The notes: a model not told the origin generated them from the letters alone. Positions 9,424 to 18,542 are shown, counted from the first letter of the stretch. The stretch is 32,000 nucleotides of DNA from Erysipelotrichaceae bacterium OH741_COT-311 (GCA_003858585.1 RQZE01000005.1:60001-92000), one strand, 5' to 3'. Translations and numbers: made by a program.

Positions 9424-9891
9424 TTAACCTTTTGTGAATTGCTTTGATGCAGTATCGAATTTACCTTTTTCTAACGCACCATTTGCTTTTAATTTGATTG
9501 ACATACCTAGTCCGTTATCGGCATCTCCTGAACCAGGATTTTCAACCAAGATTGTCATTGGTTGTTTAATTGCTTTGAAAGTTGTTTCATTATCTGATTC
9601 TTTCTCTGCAGTAAATACGTGAAAGATTTCTGTTTGAGCATCTTCGCCAGTAATTTGCTCATACCCAATCTTTTTGCAATGTTCCAAGAACTTGTCGCTC
9701 TTGATTAACTCTGCATCTACCGATACTTCAACTTTATAACCACTTACTGTAGTTCGTGGTGCTTTGTCGTGAATATATCGTTTTTGCTTTTCGTCAATTG
9801 TGTTACTGATTGTCAGTGCATTTACACCTTCACCAATTAATTCGGTTTGACCGTTGATTTTGGCATAATGCAGAATGTCTGAACGTTCCAT
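9424..9891 (-). CDS. major tail protein
   Basis: 155 aa. Position before the chaperone pair, and followed by a terminator, which is typical of a highly expressed tail tube gene. Confidence 0.6.
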   Translation of the reverse strand: MERSDILHYAKINGQTELIGEGVNALTISNTIDEKQKRYIHDKAPRTTVSGYKVEVSVDAELIKSDKFLEHCKKIGYEQITGEDAQTEIFHVFTAEKESDNETTFKAIKQPMTILVENPGSGDADNGLGMSIKLKANGALEKGKFDTASKQFTKG

Positions 9892-9902
9892 ATAGTTTCC
9901 TC

Positions 9903-10313
9903 CTATTTTTTATTTCTGTAATCTGCAGCATAAATCGCTCTATAGATATATGCTCCGTTGTCTTCTCTTCCTTCCAAAACGGCACTACTTATCATTTCCA
10001 TTTTGATAAAGTAGCGCTTTTCATCAATTTCAGGAAGTTTGTTTATCTTAGCTAAAGATTCAATAAATGCACCAATGTCATTTAGCTTTCTTGAAGCAGA
10101 CAAGCGTGTCATCGTGTCTTTAGCATCAACTTTATAAAATATCGAGAATGTCATCCTGACAGTTTCATTTCCGATAATGTCTTTTTTTATGACATTTGAC
10201 GAATCAAAAAACACACCGATTGATGTGTTCTCTTTGATTTCTTCTAGCAGAATGTTTTTCTCTTTTAACCTTAAAATATCTAGCACTTTCTCTTTGATTT
10301 CGTTATTGACCAT
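9903..10313 (-). CDS. head-tail joining / tail terminator-position protein
   Basis: 136 aa. Call from synteny only. Confidence 0.4.
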   Translation of the reverse strand: MVNNEIKEKVLDILRLKEKNILLEEIKENTSIGVFFDSSNVIKKDIIGNETVRMTFSIFYKVDAKDTMTRLSASRKLNDIGAFIESLAKINKLPEIDEKRYFIKMEMISSAVLEGREDNGAYIYRAIYAADYRNKK

Positions 10314-10722
10314 AAAATTTCAGTATCCTTTCAAAAAACTTAGTCCATTTGCTTTGATTTGCGACTTTCGATCGTTCGAACCACTTTTCTTTACGTTTAC
10401 TATCACCACTATGATAATTCAATTTAGTACTTGTCACTTTTTTCTCGCCATTTTTTTTAGACCGAACCGAACCGGTTTCAGCATCAACCATAAGCATTCC
10501 GTGATAAACGAACCTTGCGTATGGCGTGTTCCATATAATTAAGTTGTTCGGACTATAAACACTTGGCAAAGCACTTTTTTTCAATTGTCCTTTATCAAGT
10601 GGCACGTATGGATCTGTAGTTCTTACAATTTCGCCTTTTAATCCAACAATCGCTTTTCTGCTTTTGTTCTCTAATTGCTTATAGATTTTCTTTTGAGAAA
10701 AGTTTATGCGGACCTTTGACAT
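10303..10722 (-). CDS. head-tail joining protein (HK97 gp10-like / minor capsid family)
   Basis: 139 aa. WNTPYARFVYHG motif and synteny. Confidence 0.5.
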   Translation of the reverse strand: MSKVRINFSQKKIYKQLENKSRKAIVGLKGEIVRTTDPYVPLDKGQLKKSALPSVYSPNNLIIWNTPYARFVYHGMLMVDAETGSVRSKKNGEKKVTSTKLNYHSGDSKRKEKWFERSKVANQSKWTKFFERILKFYGQ

Positions 10723-11078
10723 GTTAACTCCAAAATCTGAACATCAATTCCAAATGGATTCACTTCTAAAACAGATTGAACATTTAACTTTTCGCCGTTA
10801 AATATGACTTCATCGCCTTTTCGTGCTGTAAAGCCTTCACCTTCATATAAATGTCCGGGAACATATCGATGATTGTCGCAGTCGTTTAAATCGATCACAA
10901 CTAAGATGTCATCGTTATTTTCAGTGTCTGTTTTTTGAATTCTTGAATATTTCTTCATTTCGACTTTAGTATGACTGATAATCGTTTCTTTGTACTGCAT
11001 CACATTATCGACTTCGCTTAATGCATTAACTATCGTTATTGCATGCGGTCGCAAAAAGCGTGGTGTTATATGGCGCAA
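10704..11078 (-). CDS. head closure / adaptor-position protein
   Basis: 124 aa. Call from synteny only. Confidence 0.4.
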   Translation of the reverse strand: MRHITPRFLRPHAITIVNALSEVDNVMQYKETIISHTKVEMKKYSRIQKTDTENNDDILVVIDLNDCDNHRYVPGHLYEGEGFTARKGDEVIFNGEKLNVQSVLEVNPFGIDVQILELTCQRSA

Positions 11079-11449
11079 CTAACAAACCCTCCTGAACGCA
11101 GTTTTTGGCGTATTTCAGCCACAACTGTTTGATTTATGGGCAAACCATGCCAAAAAGAATTTTCGCTTCGTACGTCGCCAAAATTGTAGCTAAATCCACT
11201 TGTTTTGACTTCTTTCAAGAAGTTTTCTTGATTCGCCATGAAATTTTGACCTCCTAACGAGTCAATGTGATCGATAATCGCTACAAGTTCATCGTTAAAG
11301 TCGCTTAATTGAATTTTATAAAATTTCCAATAAGGTATCATTTTGAGAATTGTACTTTTTAAGATTTTAGTTGAAAAAGGAAGCAAGTCATTGAACTTGT
11401 CTTGTTCTAACTTACCTCCTTGTTTTTTATAAAAGTCGTATGAAATCAT
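11066..11449 (-). CDS. head-tail connector-position protein
   Basis: 127 aa. Call from synteny only. Confidence 0.4.
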   Translation of the reverse strand: MISYDFYKKQGGKLEQDKFNDLLPFSTKILKSTILKMIPYWKFYKIQLSDFNDELVAIIDHIDSLGGQNFMANQENFLKEVKTSGFSYNFGDVRSENSFWHGLPINQTVVAEIRQKLRSGGFVSCAI

Positions 11450-11466
11450 CTTCCATACCTCCTTTT

Positions 11467-11757
11467 TTATTTTTTCTTGTTTGGTTTACTAGAAACGATT
11501 GCATCGACATCTACCGTTGCTGGTACTTCATCTTCTGTTGATGTTTCGTTGTCTGTTGCTGGTACTTCAGGTGTTACTGGCATTTCTACAGTAGGTGCTG
11601 GTTCTACCTCAGGTGCTTCTGCAGTAATTTCAGTCAATTCTGTAGCTACTTCTTCAATAACTTCTTCGTAATCTTCGCTTTTTTGAAATTGCTCGATCAC
11701 AAATGGAACGACCGGTTCCAAAATAGTGCCTGACGCTTTATGTTTAAATCTAGTCAT
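11467..11757 (-). CDS. acidic Pro/Thr/Glu-rich small protein downstream of the capsid gene
   Basis: 96 aa with the low-complexity tract EAPEVEPAPTVEMPVTPEVPAT. Confidence 0.4.
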   Translation of the reverse strand: MTRFKHKASGTILEPVVPFVIEQFQKSEDYEEVIEEVATELTEITAEAPEVEPAPTVEMPVTPEVPATDNETSTEDEVPATVDVDAIVSSKPNKKK

Positions 11758-11770
11758 TAATCATTACCTC

Positions 11771-12607
11771 CTACGATGTTAAAGTTGCTTTAAAGATTAA
11801 ATCAGGTGTTACAGCTTCTGTTCCGTAATAGAAAAATAAGCCGAATCCGTAAGCATCACTTAATGGAATTCGACCTTGATTTAATACGTTTACATGTACT
11901 GGTTGAGCAATAGACTCTTTACGCATTGCTAGACATTCATTTGTTTGATGTCTGTTTTCTGATACTTTCACTCCATGAAAATAACCAAATGAACGCTTAG
12001 CTGTATCTACGTTAGATGTATTCAATCCATCTAATTTCTTTCGCATTGCAGTAAACGCTTTTGTATTTAGCGTGATTTCGATGTCTTCTACATCAACGCC
12101 TTCTACATAGTCATTTTTAACATCTTTCAATGTGTTGATAACTTTATCAAGCTTGTCTGCAATGTCAGTTACTCCTGCCATTTCAACATTAGTTGCCACT
12201 TCATCAGCTTTAGCAAAGAATGCTTTTTCTAGCTCCAAAGCTAAAACTTTTCTATGATTGTCGATGCGCTTATTGATTAAGCCATCAACACCAAGCATAC
12301 GTGTATCTTTTTGTTCTACTTCTTCTACGATTTCTTTGTTCTTGTCGATTTTTACAACAACATCTGCACCTTTTAATGCGTCAGCTTTGTTAGCGCCACG
12401 TGCAGTTCCATAATCTTTTGCTTTTGAGTTAACGAAACGTTTTGCAATTACTGAACCGCTTGTTGGATCGCCACTCAAGTCAGTATTTTTAATTTTGTGC
12501 GATAAAAGTGTAGCGAATACATTAGTTAATGCAGTTTGATATTTTGCTTCTAATTTTAGTTTACCGCTTGAAGTTCCTAAGATGTTTAATGAATCAATTG
12601 TTGACAT
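11771..12607 (-). CDS. major capsid protein
   Basis: 278 aa directly after the scaffold gene, with a strong AGGAGG RBS. Confidence 0.7.
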   Translation of the reverse strand: MSTIDSLNILGTSSGKLKLEAKYQTALTNVFATLLSHKIKNTDLSGDPTSGSVIAKRFVNSKAKDYGTARGANKADALKGADVVVKIDKNKEIVEEVEQKDTRMLGVDGLINKRIDNHRKVLALELEKAFFAKADEVATNVEMAGVTDIADKLDKVINTLKDVKNDYVEGVDVEDIEITLNTKAFTAMRKKLDGLNTSNVDTAKRSFGYFHGVKVSENRHQTNECLAMRKESIAQPVHVNVLNQGRIPLSDAYGFGLFFYYGTEAVTPDLIFKATLTS

Positions 12608-12632
12608 TTATTTTTCCTCCTATGTCTTTAAA

Positions 12633-13166
12633 TTAATAAAAATGTTGGAATGCAGTTGGTGGTTCTGAACCATTTTGACCGTTCATCCCATCAGTGCGCA
12701 CTCCTGCACTTCCTTCATCATTTCCTTCTTCTTTCAAAAAAGCTGATGGCTCTTTTTCTTTCAACTCTTTGATAAAGTCATCTGCACCAAGAAGTTTTCC
12801 TTCTTCCAGTTTGAATTGTTTTTCTTTGAATTTAGCTGTCACAGCTTCTTTCACCAACTCACTAGAAAATTTGATGCCGTTCAAATAGTTTGAAAGCGAA
12901 TGATCGTACTTGATAGCAGTAATTTGCTTCTCATAGTCTTCTTTTTGACTTTGGATCTGTGCTTTCAACGTTTCGGCATTTTCTGCTTCTTTCGCCTTTT
13001 CGTTCAAAGTGTTGATTGTTGCATTGGCTTGCTCAAGTTGTGTCTTCAACGACTTCAACTCAGCAGTTGTTGTTTTTAGCTCCTCGATTGTATTTCCTGA
13101 TAAATTCATGACTTTATCAGTCAATTCATCGCTCAAGCCTAAAGCTTTTAAATCTTCACGCTTCAT
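12633..13166 (-). CDS. scaffolding protein (GP20-like)
   Basis: N-terminus MKREDLKALGLSDELTDKVM plus a coiled-coil region. GGAGGAAAAAATATG places the start at 13166 rather than the track start at 13205. Confidence 0.75.
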   Translation of the reverse strand: MKREDLKALGLSDELTDKVMNLSGNTIEELKTTTAELKSLKTQLEQANATINTLNEKAKEAENAETLKAQIQSQKEDYEKQITAIKYDHSLSNYLNGIKFSSELVKEAVTAKFKEKQFKLEEGKLLGADDFIKELKEKEPSAFLKEEGNDEGSAGVRTDGMNGQNGSEPPTAFQHFY

Positions 13167-13242
13167 ATTTTTTCCTCCTACGCTATTTTTACGTGGTTGC
13201 ACCACTTGGACGGTTGCACTTTTACGTCATGCCCAGGACCAT

Positions 13243-13267
13243 ATAAAAAGACCGCATTTCTGCAGTC
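13243..13267 (-). terminator. intrinsic terminator T2 (minus strand)
   Basis: RNA GACUGC-AGAAAU-GCGGUC (6 bp including one G-U) followed by UUUUUAUAU. Confidence 0.5.
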
Positions 13268-13279
13268 TAATTACCTAAT

Positions 13280-13313
13280 AAAACAAAAAGAACACCAACT
13301 TTCGCCAGTGTTC
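13280..13313 (-). terminator. intrinsic terminator T1 (minus strand)
   Basis: RNA GAACACUGGC-GAAA-GUUGGUGUUC is a 10-bp stem with a GNRA loop, followed by UUUUUGUUUU. Three G-U pairs form only in the minus-strand transcript. Confidence 0.65.
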
Positions 13314-13332
13314 TTTTTGACATATAAGTTTT

Positions 13333-13458
13333 GAAGATAATCGCCGGAAACGCAACCCGGATCTCTCGTAGCCCAGCACTATTCACAACACAACGGTTGT
13401 GATGCCCTTCGGCGCATGGCGCGTCTTACATTTCTGAATTCTCCACTTCCATATCTTC
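13333..13458 (-). ncRNA. unclassified GC-rich structured RNA element
   Basis: No ORF with an RBS. 54/100 G+C in 13341-13440 versus 28/100 in 13481-13580 (hand count). Closing helix GAAGAUA (13458-13452) / UAUCUUC (13339-13333). Internal hairpins CACAA-CCG-UUGUG and CCGG-GUUGCGUUU-CCGG. Confidence 0.4.
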
Positions 13459-13472
13459 ATCTTTATAATACA

Positions 13473-15011
13473 CTATTTTTTAACATAAATCAATAAATTA
13501 TCGCTTTCTTTTACTCTTTTTGTTTCAACCTTAAAACAAGTTATAACCGTGTTCTTCTTTCCGTACTTAAACTGAGATGAGTTATCCAAAATTCTAACAA
13601 CTAGACCTAAGCTATGATTTTTATCAATTTCTTTTGTGAAAATAAAGGATTTCTTGTTCATTTTGTCTTTCAATATTGCATTTGGTAAATCTAAAATGTT
13701 TTTTATGTCATTATATGTTATTTTTTCTAATTCTGGATGATGATCTAGAATATGTAACATTCTTTCGTTTGTGACAATTACTTCTTTCGTGAATAACTTA
13801 TTCTTTATTACTCCGTAATCATTCATTTCACCTAAAGAAATTGAATGCTCAAAGTTGTTATTTGCTAATTCGAACATAGTTTGATTTTTGTTAGGTTTAA
13901 TTTTCTTGGTTCCAAAGAATTGAATGTTCAAGTAAAAATGATCATAATTCTCGCTTTTAAGTTCTTTTGCTTTTTCACCTAATTCTTTAATCGACTTCCT
14001 GATAGACTTCAACTTTTTCTTGTTGTCGCTGTAATCCATTCCTGCTGCTTTTTTGATTTTCATTGAAAGCATGTTTTTTCGAATTTCATTCTCAATCGCT
14101 TTCTTTTTCTGCCTGTACTCATAAACAGCTAGATTTTCGCTTTTTGTGAATGTTCGTTCGTTTGGCTCGCTTATATCTTCGAAAAATGGAAAGAATGAAT
14201 GCCTGCAGTTCCAACCGCAAAGCCCATCACCATAGCCATAGCGCGTCGCCGCATGAAGACTAGGATATTTACTGTGCGTGCCACTGATTGAATAAACCTT
14301 ACCTTGCCAAAGATCATGACTAGGTCTAGCTCCTTGATGACTTGTTACTTCTACAAGATCACATCCTAACTCTGCAGCTAATTGTAACTGACAGTCGCTT
14401 GCTGTCTTGTTTAACCCGGTGCGTACTGCTCTAGAAACAACAACAGATACTTGCTCGTTTCTTCCTGATGGGCTGACTATAAATGCACCAATCCCTTTCT
14501 TCGCTAAGTCGTCAATCGCATCTTTCTGTGCTTCATCAAGCGACTTAACACCAGTATCGACTTCAAAGTAAATGCGATCTAACGCTTTTCCTAAAGCTTC
14601 TTTAGCGTCGTAAGCATAGCTGTTAGTGAAATTCTGAATCTTGTTGTTGGTGAATTTATATCCTTGATTTGCTATCTCGTTGAAGCTTTGGAAATCGAGT
14701 TTCTTTTTCTCTTGTTTCAACGCTTCAGCGTAGTATTCATTGTCTTTTTCAAGACTTTCAGCGATTGTATCTCTAAACAGTTTCTTCAACTCTTTTTCTG
14801 ATTTATTCGCATAATGAACTAGCTTTTCAAAGATATAACTGTCTTGAAGTCCTAACTCTTTCAACTTTGCATAGCGCCATTGCGCAGTCGCTGTCACTTC
14901 ATCGTTGTGAATGATACGTTGTGCAATGTCCACGAGTATTTCTTCTTCAAAGTCGTTCCATATTTCTTGAATCGCTTCAGGAAGTTCTGCAATTTCATGT
15001 GGCGATAGCAT
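13473..15011 (-). CDS. minor head protein, MuF / SPP1 gp7 family, with a ~200-aa C-terminal extension
   Basis: 512 aa. MuF core motifs GARPSHDLWQGKVY and CGWNCRHSFFPF. Position directly after the portal gene. An extra C-terminal region lies beyond a Lys-rich linker. Confidence 0.85.
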   Translation of the reverse strand: MLSPHEIAELPEAIQEIWNDFEEEILVDIAQRIIHNDEVTATAQWRYAKLKELGLQDSYIFEKLVHYANKSEKELKKLFRDTIAESLEKDNEYYAEALKQEKKKLDFQSFNEIANQGYKFTNNKIQNFTNSYAYDAKEALGKALDRIYFEVDTGVKSLDEAQKDAIDDLAKKGIGAFIVSPSGRNEQVSVVVSRAVRTGLNKTASDCQLQLAAELGCDLVEVTSHQGARPSHDLWQGKVYSISGTHSKYPSLHAATRYGYGDGLCGWNCRHSFFPFFEDISEPNERTFTKSENLAVYEYRQKKKAIENEIRKNMLSMKIKKAAGMDYSDNKKKLKSIRKSIKELGEKAKELKSENYDHFYLNIQFFGTKKIKPNKNQTMFELANNNFEHSISLGEMNDYGVIKNKLFTKEVIVTNERMLHILDHHPELEKITYNDIKNILDLPNAILKDKMNKKSFIFTKEIDKNHSLGLVVRILDNSSQFKYGKKNTVITCFKVETKRVKESDNLLIYVKK

Positions 15012-16477
15012 TATTCAGCTCTTGTGAATACATCTGATTCTTCATCTTCTGTATTCTTCTTCGCTTCTTCTTCGCTTTCACCAAAGAACTTCATTCTGTA
15101 TTCATGCTTTTTTCTCACACCTGCAGCAATTTCTTTCAAGAATTGTTCCTTTTCGTATTTTTCATCAGTGAAGAATGACTCGTCAAATTGAATACTGAGT
15201 TTCGATTCAGGATCAACAGCTTCGCCAAGCTGTTTCGCTAATGAAAGAACACCGGCAACAAGTTCTTTTAAGAATTCAGTAATTGCAATACGTTGCTTTG
15301 CGACGCTCTTTTGTAGTGCGCCTGTATTCGCTTTGGTGCTGTCTGTGTTTTGGTACACAGTACGACTTACTTTGTCAAAGTCATAGAAATTGGAGCCTAG
15401 TTGGCACTTGAAAGAAATCATATTCAATCCTGTTTGGATTCCTTTCGTGTTTTCTTCAACACGAATTGCAGGATTGTATTCTTCAAATAGCATTTTCTTT
15501 CCTTCAGGATTCTGCATTTCAGGAACTAACACAAACATCGATGTTTCTGCAGTCTTATCTGTATCAGGGATTGCAACTCCATCAGCCATCGTTGTTGCAA
15601 CTAAGTCCTGTGACATGAATATTTTCTTTCTTCCTAAAAGAAAGTCACTATCGAAGTTGGTGTACGATAAATCTGTTGTCTTGAATGCATCTATTGCAGT
15701 TGAATAAATGCTTAAGCCTAGCGGTAGATCATCATATAAATTGTTTTCTAAGTTTGGTTTGAGAATGAAAAAAGCTTTCTTGTTAAGCGTGTAGCTTTCC
15801 ACACCTTCAAATTTAGTTCTTACGTATTCATCATTCTTTTTGATAAACTCCATATTCTTAATTTTGTAAGTGCCATCTAGTTGCATTTGATGAATATGCG
15901 CATTGAAATAACTATTGTTTTCTAGCACGTAAGTTGAAATAAATGCACAGTCAATAATCTCGTTATCTTCCCACTTAAGCGGAATAATGCGATTTGGATT
16001 CTTAATGTACTTCAGTTTGATTTTTCCTTCTGTAATGATATTGTTTTTCATTTTGGCATTTGCGATCGTAGCTACAACTGCGCACGTTCCTAAAGCATAC
16101 GCACGTTCAACTAACTTGTTTGATTTTACCCAAAAGCCACTTTCACCAAGAATCCCTGATTCTTGTTCTAGATCATCACCAACTAAATACTTCTGTGTTG
16201 CTTCATCATCAAGATTGATGTATGTTTTTTCGTTAAGTAAAAAACTAGCCCAATCTTCACTGACAGTCTTTGCCATATTTAACGTCGACCTAGTAGCTTC
16301 TACTGTCTTGCTTTGACCGCCTAGGACTTGGTATTTGTGGAAATTGTTTACAAATCCTTTGTACCACTGAAACCAAACATCAGTACAGTTTTCTATAAAG
16401 CTTGCGTATGAAGTTGGTGCGCTATAGCCTTCTTTTTGCAGTGCTTTAACTATTGCTTTTATGTCCATGTTTATCAC
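15011..16477 (-). CDS. portal protein (SPP1 Gp6-like)
   Basis: 488 aa. Size and position between terL and MuF. Confidence 0.85.
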   Translation of the reverse strand: MINMDIKAIVKALQKEGYSAPTSYASFIENCTDVWFQWYKGFVNNFHKYQVLGGQSKTVEATRSTLNMAKTVSEDWASFLLNEKTYINLDDEATQKYLVGDDLEQESGILGESGFWVKSNKLVERAYALGTCAVVATIANAKMKNNIITEGKIKLKYIKNPNRIIPLKWEDNEIIDCAFISTYVLENNSYFNAHIHQMQLDGTYKIKNMEFIKKNDEYVRTKFEGVESYTLNKKAFFILKPNLENNLYDDLPLGLSIYSTAIDAFKTTDLSYTNFDSDFLLGRKKIFMSQDLVATTMADGVAIPDTDKTAETSMFVLVPEMQNPEGKKMLFEEYNPAIRVEENTKGIQTGLNMISFKCQLGSNFYDFDKVSRTVYQNTDSTKANTGALQKSVAKQRIAITEFLKELVAGVLSLAKQLGEAVDPESKLSIQFDESFFTDEKYEKEQFLKEIAAGVRKKHEYRMKFFGESEEEAKKNTEDEESDVFTRAE

Positions 16478-17748
16478 TCCTTTCTAATTTTCATGCCTAA
16501 ATAATTTAAAAAAGTACTAAACGAGTAATAGTGCGCATCGAATGTATCGACATCGCTACTAAAGTCATCTAGTATCTTATCTTCTTGTGCTTTTTCATCG
16601 TACATCGCTGTTGACAGCGCTTCTACTGTCATTGGAACGTTTATAAACTGCATTCTTCCGGTGTTCAATAACAAGTTATAAACAAGTATTCTTGTTGCAC
16701 CATCCGTCTTGTAGCAGTCTTGGACTGCTATTTTCACTTTATTTGCGTTCAGATACTTTCGAACGGTATTGATAATTACCTGACTCGCATTATCGATGTA
16801 TAACGCCATCACGTTATATCCTTGTTTCTGCAATTTTAAAACAAATTGCAGCGTTCTAGCGCAGATAATATCTGTGTCGATAGTTCCTTTAGCATGCTTG
16901 ATGATTTCTTCATCAAACGTCACCATCTTGCTCCAGTTATGTTTGAACCCTGTTGCAACTAACGGCGTATGCGATTTAGTTCCGCCAATATCCATGCCGA
17001 TCGTGACCATCGGAAAGTTGATTGGCTTTCCTTCCTTGAGTTCTTCTTCATGCTTGATGTATTCAAACTTTCCAGGATCGTTCGCCAATTGTTGAAACAG
17101 CAATCCTTCAGCGTTTGTCCAAAGACCTAATATGAATCTAGGATAGTAAACAGTTCCTAGATACTCTTTTTTTAACTCCTGCACGAATTTTGGATCAAGC
17201 GTAGGATTATCGTCAATCGTGTAATGTTGTACGAATGCATCAATTCCTTTTTCTTTGATTACATCGAGAAAGTCTTTTTTGAACCAGTGCCTTTTGTTTT
17301 CAGGGTTTAGCGTTCCATCGAAACAACTATACGGCTTGTCCATACGAGATTTTAACATTTCGAATACTTCTTTACTCCATGTTGCGACTTCATCGCCATA
17401 GCAATACTTTATGCTGGCACCTTGTATCTTCTTCACTTGACTTATTTTGTCAGCACCAAGTGCATAGCACGTTTCACCAAACAACTCTACCTGGTTGTTT
17501 GCTTTGATATTGCTGACTAATTTACTACCATAAATCTTTTGCATTGGTTCAATAACATTTCGCCACAACGTCGATTGCGTATTACCTAGCAATAGTACAA
17601 TTCCTTCTTTTCCTATGCGTTCTCGAATGCGTCTAGGAATGATGTAGTAATCTAACCACGTTTTTCCGGAACGTGTAGCGCCTGTCTTGATATTCCAACG
17701 AGCATTAGCGTTATTCCAAAACTCTTTTTGCTTATCAGTCAGAATCAT
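16474..17748 (-). CDS. terL: terminase large subunit (PBSX-like)
   Basis: 424 aa. Walker A GATRSGKTW, with a nuclease-half acidic motif (MDIGG). Overlaps terS. Confidence 0.9.
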   Translation of the reverse strand: MILTDKQKEFWNNANARWNIKTGATRSGKTWLDYYIIPRRIRERIGKEGIVLLLGNTQSTLWRNVIEPMQKIYGSKLVSNIKANNQVELFGETCYALGADKISQVKKIQGASIKYCYGDEVATWSKEVFEMLKSRMDKPYSCFDGTLNPENKRHWFKKDFLDVIKEKGIDAFVQHYTIDDNPTLDPKFVQELKKEYLGTVYYPRFILGLWTNAEGLLFQQLANDPGKFEYIKHEEELKEGKPINFPMVTIGMDIGGTKSHTPLVATGFKHNWSKMVTFDEEIIKHAKGTIDTDIICARTLQFVLKLQKQGYNVMALYIDNASQVIINTVRKYLNANKVKIAVQDCYKTDGATRILVYNLLLNTGRMQFINVPMTVEALSTAMYDEKAQEDKILDDFSSDVDTFDAHYYSFSTFLNYLGMKIRKE

Positions 17749-18463
17749 CTTTTGCTACCTCACTTATGCTTTTGATTAGCTCATCTAGCTTTTCAAGACT
17801 ATCATTTGTTGAATCGCTACGAAGTTTATCTACTTGTGCTTTTAAGATTTCAATTCTAGCTTTGTGTAGCTCGTTTTGAAGTCCTTTTGTCTTTTCGACT
17901 GTGTTGATATAACGCTCAATCATAATCGCTAGCGTTGTCATTGCTTTACTCTGTGAATTCAAATAAGTAGCTTGTTTATCCCACGACTGCTGAATTTCAT
18001 AGGCCGTGACATCTGAACCATCCATAGTGATTTCTTTTGTCTTATCTTGCTTATTTTCAACGTACATGATTTGCTGTGCTTTTATGATTACTGCGAATTG
18101 AATCTTGACTGAGTTCCAAAGAATTTCTAAAGGATCATCATCAATCAAGTTAGAGATTTCTTGAATGTCATCCGGAAGCCACTTAGAAAACAAACCATGT
18201 CGAAGTGCGTTTTGATTTCCTGGCGGTCCTGTTCCGTTGTGATGACTTTTAGGATTCTTTCCACGTCCGTATTTAATCTTTGCAACGTTGCACTTCTGCG
18301 TTGCGTTGCATTTCATTGTACGTCGTTCAGTTTCCCATTTTTGTCGATTCTTCCAACTTCGGATTGTACCTACCGGAACATTTAATTGACTTGCAATCTC
18401 AATTAACTTTAATCCTTCTAGGTACAACGAATGCGCCTTTCTACTGAGTTCCTTGTTACCCAC
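17735..18463 (-). CDS. terS: terminase small subunit
   Basis: 242 aa. N-terminal HTH (LIEIASQLNVPVGTIRSWKNR) and the GNQNALRHGLFS motif. GTG start with GAGGTG 7 nt upstream. Confidence 0.8.
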   Translation of the reverse strand: MGNKELSRKAHSLYLEGLKLIEIASQLNVPVGTIRSWKNRQKWETERRTMKCNATQKCNVAKIKYGRGKNPKSHHNGTGPPGNQNALRHGLFSKWLPDDIQEISNLIDDDPLEILWNSVKIQFAVIIKAQQIMYVENKQDKTKEITMDGSDVTAYEIQQSWDKQATYLNSQSKAMTTLAIMIERYINTVEKTKGLQNELHKARIEILKAQVDKLRSDSTNDSLEKLDELIKSISEVAKDDSD

Positions 18464-18542
18464 ATAAATTCACCTCGCTTTCTTTTCTTCGATTTCATAA
18501 ATAAACCACAGAACGTGAAAGGAGGTGCGCCCTGTGGTTTAT

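Noticed and set aside
13344-13360. Hairpin CCGGG-UUGCGUU-UCCGG resembling a tRNA T-arm or anticodon arm
   Set aside because: No cloverleaf can be built around it. The loop lacks the T-loop consensus (G instead of C at the third position). The putative acceptor strands are ~100 nt apart with unpaired spacers, and there is no CCA-compatible end.
13403-13415. GCGCCGAAGGGCA resembling the glycine-riboswitch core (CACCGAAGGGGCAA)
   Set aside because: The other conserved glycine-aptamer elements (CUCUGGAGAG, CUCAGGCAAAAGGAC) are absent. I also checked hammerhead (CUGAUGA...GAAA), twister, pistol, c-di-GMP-I, ykkC, TPP and ZTP cores by eye and found no convincing match.
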